A model generated the notes under the pieces. It worked only from the letters and a program-made list of their open reading frames with translations. It was not told the DNA's origin and searched no databases. The position numbers and the translations under genes were made by a program. A DNA stretch of 64,000 nucleotides, taken from positions 52,576,001 to 52,640,000 of the forward strand of contig OZ076413.1 of the NCBI GenBank assembly GCA_964187785.1. The letters run 5' to 3'. Each line of letters starts with the position of its first letter. Within the stretch, counting starts at the first letter, position 1. The stretch is from Amphiscolops sp. MND2022. Taxonomy: Eukaryota. This document shows, in pieces, positions 59,101-64,000 of this stretch.

Positions 59101-62100
59101 CTGGATGGTTTAATGCAAAGCCTTTACTGAATGACATGAAACAAGCCAGGAACGACAGAAATTGGCGCCACGCTAAAGGCTTCAAATCGGAAAGGATCAA
59201 AATGGAGATCGGAATTGTAGATTTATAGTACTATCACAGTACCAAAAGGGAAAAAAACAGTGAAACAACAATGAAAAATTGAAAAACTCGCTGGCCTGGT
59301 ACAAACCTTCAACCGCGTGCACACAAACCGCGATTTGTGTTTTTCACATCAGTTTCCTTTCGGATACGGTCTCCCTATAGCAGGTGAGGGATCCATTTTG
59401 GTAATCAAGTGGTCAAGTAATGGTCGGCTTGAAGTTGTGGTTTTTAAAAAGACTTGCTTAAAGCTTCAAAAGTCCGACTGATCACAGTATCTTTTCTTTT
59501 GCTTCTCGACGCAACGAGTGTCAAATTGGGTTTGTTATGTTTGTTCAATTCGGTCTGAGTGGAAAGGGGATAGATAGTTATTTAGGTATTGTACACAAAT
59601 GTGACTTCACTAGTCTTCGAACGTGCGCTGAGTTAAAGAAAATCTGCTTATTCAGTTTCCACCCTGCAGAAGTGGGTAATTTAAATCCCGTGTTGATCTC
59701 CATAGGAAAAATATGAATCGGGACCAAAAAATTTTTAAAATAGGATGAAAATTTTCGGTTTTTCCAATTTCGTTTGTGATCACTTTATCCCACTGGTATA
59801 AAGATTGTGTCAAAGCGGCCATAGCATGTTTTTAAACATGCCGAAATGAGGTCAGAGACCCGAGGCGTGCAAGTTTTTGACGCTAAGTCCGGAGCCAGTG
59901 TGGCCCAACCCAGCAGTTCAAAAATTAATTTCGAAAGCCCTAATTGTCTTATTGCGAACGCGTTATAAGTTTAAGCACCAGGTTTTCGGATGGATCCAGA
60001 AATTTCCTCGTCCATTTCGGTTAATGAAGTGATCTGCGTCATCACTTTGTGCGATATATCAGCATAATCGAAAATTTACATATAGTGGACATTATGGGAA
60101 ATTCTCAAATTTGTAATTGAAAAGTTACATGTATTGGACATTATCATTAGTAGTACTAATTTAACAATTGGCGAAAAAATCAATTTCAATCATATAGATC
60201 ATTGAGCTATATGAAACTGATGAAAAATGACCATAATGTTTTTTTATGCGAATTACAGCGAAGTGCAGAAAGATTGCGACTCCGTACAAAAACTTATTAC
60301 AATGAAACCAAATCAAAAATATAACAAAGCGTATCCAAGAGACACCAAACATGACCTTACTTAGAGAAAATTCTAAGTTTTGTCGGATAGCCTCTTTTTG
60401 CATTGCAACAACTAGCTGTAAACGTCGAAGAAGTGAGTCAAAAAGTTTTGCTATGTACTCAACCGGAACTTTTTTGAAATATTCTTAGGCATGATTCCAA
60501 AGTTCTTTTAGGGTCTCCGGATGTTTTTATGGCTGTTTTTTTCCATAGAGATAATATTGAGAAAACTGTTTTTCTCGAAAAAGCGGCTATCCAAGCGGGT
60601 TGTTCTGGGTCTCTCACAAGATCCTTCCCTTTACTGTTCAAGCATAGTCTCGTTCAAAAAAAACAACTGCTTTCCAGAAGTTGGCTTTTTTGGCCCAATT
60701 TTTTCTCTTTTTTTTTCGATTTGGCCCAAAAATTAAGGGTTTCTTTGCAGCTTTTTGCGCAATTTTTGCCATACTTGATCGGATTCTTCCTGATATAACT
60801 GGTACATAAATCGATTTGTTGGGAATTTTCTATTCGGGTTCTACTGAAGCTCGAAAAAACAATTCTTTCCACTCTTTGGTTGAAGTTTCGGCCGACCGGG
60901 ACTTCTATTGTTATTAATATGTCCTCGGTCATTGTATCGAATGTTAATTCGGGAAACTGTTGATTTCTGTACGTTGGTCGTTTTGGAAATTTGATACATA
61001 AAAAAATTTTGCAAGTTTAGTTTTATTATTTGGAGACACGTTTTTTGCTGGTTTGAGGCATCGTTCTACGTAAATAAATGAATCAGCTGAAAGCCCTTGA
61101 AATGAACTTTTTAAAGATATGTTTCTTTTGTCTGAGATCTTAATCTTTACTTAGTTGATCAAGGTTTTGCAAAGCGCATTATTGTTTCTAGATCGCAATC
61201 TTTCGTCACCCCCGCAGACTGCGAAACATAAATTAAACCAGAACTTAGTCCAAGAAGAACACCCGTTGACATTTGCCGTTGAAAAATGACTTTTCCCAGC
61301 GGCAAAAATGGGAAACACACAGATAATTTGATTTTTTAAGAACATTTGAAGTTCAATGAGGATTGTTTAGAAAACGTTGTTTAGTCAGGATTGTGAATTG
61401 TTTAGTCAGACAAAAAAAACTTGAAAAAGCAGGGCACAATAGCTCATGCCAAAATATCGGATTTTGTCCCAAGAAAAACTTTAAAAATGAATAGAAATAA
61501 ACCTCATGAAAATAGTAAATAATTAAATGATCAATATTTTAGTTTACCGAAAGAGTACCAAAAACCTGAAGATTTTTTTCCAATCGTTTTAGTTTGAAAC
61601 AACTAGACTACATAGACTATCAGTTACCATCAGGATCTTGCAAGGTATGCACTTTGGGCAAGGATCTTGCGAGTCTCTTTCGATGATTTCGAGGAAAACA
61701 CTCTTTTCTCAACCAGAGTAGGAAGTACTTGAAAACCCTTGCGCGTAAAATGCGTCGAGTAAAAAATTGATGAATCAACATTATATATTTTCCTTCATAT
61801 GGAATTCCGCGGTACACCGGATCTGGGTAATTACAGTTTTTTCATCGTATATGCCGCTTCAAATATCAGTTTTCTCATTATAATTTCAAATAAAATTGAA
61901 CTTTTGAGAAATTCAGTTCATTTTGTTTGCTAATGTAAATGTTTGTTCAGGAAAAATACGTCACAAAATTGGGTACGCGATATTTCAAGGGAGCGCAGTA
62001 CACCGTTGTTTCTTGAAAACTCCCAGAAAGCAACTGATACAACTTTGAAAGGTTGAGAAAAAGCGTATGTACTTTAGGTAACTGAGTTAATTACCTTTCT

Positions 62101-62839
62101 TCGATATTTTCTCGATTGCAAATTTACTTTGCCGTGACATTTTCTGATCTGATCAAATTAGCGTTTAAATTTATAACATGAAAATTGGGTGCAACTGGGT
62201 CTTGTAAAGTGCACACTTTCGCTAAAAAGTTTTGAGGCGTGAAATTTCTCAAAATGTTGCTTTTTGCTGCCAGGCGAAAGTGCTGCTTTTTGTATAGTTT
62301 AGTGGAACTCTATTTCAAAAATGTCCAACAGGTTGTGAGAAAAAAACGCTTTGCACTGGCGCGCTTCTCTGCAATAATTACGGCACCTGCCAATCTCAAG
62401 ACATGAATAATCATATTCGATGCCAAGGCGTGATTCCTCCAATACACTCCATGAATCTCTCATTTAGGGAGTTTAACTTGGGAAATTTTCGTTTAGATTA
62501 TAACTTAATAGATTTTGACCGGATACCCGAAATGCATGTGTTCAAAAATTTCTCATATAGTGAACTATGTAGCGTTGCAATTCGTTTGCATAACTTAATC
62601 ATTTCATTAAAATTTCCGAGCGCTTCCTATTTTTGCATTAGCGTTTTTAGTGGTTTGGGGCAAAACATTGATTGATTATTCAATAAATTACGGCTTGAAA
62701 TTAGTCAAAAATGAGGATTTCAGAAACACTCCTTATCCAAATTCCAGTATCTGAAAGCATGGCACAGTCACATGCAATGATAAACCAGACTAGGCAAACT
62801 CTTCAGAACGAAATAGTTTCATGGATTGATCTTGAATTG

Positions 62840-62893
62840 AAAGTCGAAAAATTGCTTGTATGACTCGAGTTATACAAGCAATTTTTCGACTTT
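62840..62893. repeat. 54-bp near-perfect palindrome
   Basis: aaagtcgaaaaattgcttgtatgactc|gagttatacaagcaatttttcgacttt, one G-T mismatch. Confidence 0.85.
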
Positions 62894-63839
62894 TTTATTT
62901 AGGAGATTTTAACCCAGGAGATTTTCGTCTAAGAGATTTCAACTAAAGAGCTTTTGGTCTAGAGATTTTAACTTGGGAGATTTTGACATGTAACGAGCAT
63001 TTAGTACCAAGATCTTGGTACGAGCTCACTACGATAGGCGTGGTAGTGCTACGAGTGTCAACCTGGGCAGACGCCATTGGGGGTGATTTGGTTATCGTTT
63101 TATAAATTACTTATTCATATTATGCATGCAAGCCCTTGTATTGGCTTTATTTAGCAACTTTATAGTTACCTGCGTCTATAAATTCGACAATTTCCAGTTC
63201 AATGCCACGGTTCTAAGCGTGTTTTCATTTTATTTTCTGATATTCTGAGTATAAAATGGTTATAAAAACAGTTTATTATTCATAAGCATCATAATCTATT
63301 AGACTATGATTTTAATGAGTGCTGCAATAATATACCATGACAGGTCACATCTAGTCACTTATTGCTACCAAGAGACGTATGAAAATGTTAGCACCGGCTT
63401 TCTAAGAAACACTTTTGAAGTTTTAGAGAATTTCTTTCCCGGGGTAGGGCCCAAACTTTGCTTGAAACTAAAAGTCCTGGCGTGTCCTCTTGAATCGTAC
63501 CGACTTGCGCGTGACAACAATTCACATGATTTCAAAAAAAACACATGAAATCCACGAGGGAATAACAAGGTAAAAAGTTTGTCTGGTAATTCTTAAAAAT
63601 TAAACCTTAACACTTCCTTCCAGATTTGTTAAGTAAAAGTTTTTTTACCTATCTTGACAAAGCGGGTTTGTGAACAGAAGAAATACAGTGCTGAAGCAAA
63701 AACAAACTCAAGTGGACAAAGATGTGAAAAGAGAAAAAAAATGCCACAAAAGTTTGTCTGTTATAGAAAATTCGAAACTCTCAAATTTCATTCGATCTTC
63801 ATTTGCTTACACTTGTTGAAAAAAACTTTTCTCTTCCAG

Positions 63840-64000
63840 GTCTGGTGCTCTTCGGATGCCTTTCTCGTGTAGCCTCAAATGACGTCATGGAAGACGACTT
63901 CCCTGGATTGTCCTCGGTGGAAAATCCAGGGTACGACGATGACGACTCACAACACCAACCGATGTACGGGGAGGAACTAGTAGTTGAAATGGAACCCTTC
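63840..64000 (+). CDS. Host coding exon running off the window end (-LVLFGCLSRVASNDVMEDDFPGLSSVENPGYDDDDSQHQPMYGEELVVEMEPF...)
   Basis: Pyrimidine-rich acceptor ttttctcttccAG (63839); GC-richer open frame; hydrophobic then acidic sequence typical of a signal-peptide end and propeptide. Confidence 0.6.

Noticed and set aside
60300-61820. Short minus-strand ORFs (60654-60932, 61151-61345, 61620-61817) as host exons
   Set aside because: No homology cue or consistent splice-phase chain; would be antisense to the better-supported plus-strand gene.

Overview
AT-rich eukaryotic DNA, most likely from an animal (host not identifiable from sequence alone), dominated by nested transposable elements. 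The centrepiece is a young, essentially intact 18,282-bp Ty3/gypsy-type LTR element (24452-42733; GTCT target-site duplication; TGTCGC...GCGACA termini; PBS; PPT; LTRs differing by 3 substitutions I could see plus a VNTR copy-number change) organised like a complex retrovirus. It has gag and a -1-frameshifted pol (PR, TARG1-like macrodomain, RT, RNase H, IN), then four small, apparently paralogous accessory ORFs and a stand-alone antisense ORF. These are followed by three copies of a ~110-nt pseudoknotted RNA element with a compensatory base change, a chuvirus/Monjiviricetes-like class III fusion env, an ATG-less exon that splices in frame to the env N-terminus, and a captured RING-less TRAF (coiled coil + MATH) with an N-terminal PAM2 motif. 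Around it are decayed BEL/Pao and gypsy elements, MITE/SINE-like repeats, a perfect 270-bp palindrome, a small secreted CX3CX3C peptide gene, and two candidate host exons (15807-15891, 63840-64000) that would make most of the window one 48-kb intron. All family assignments come from motif recognition by eye, not database searches.
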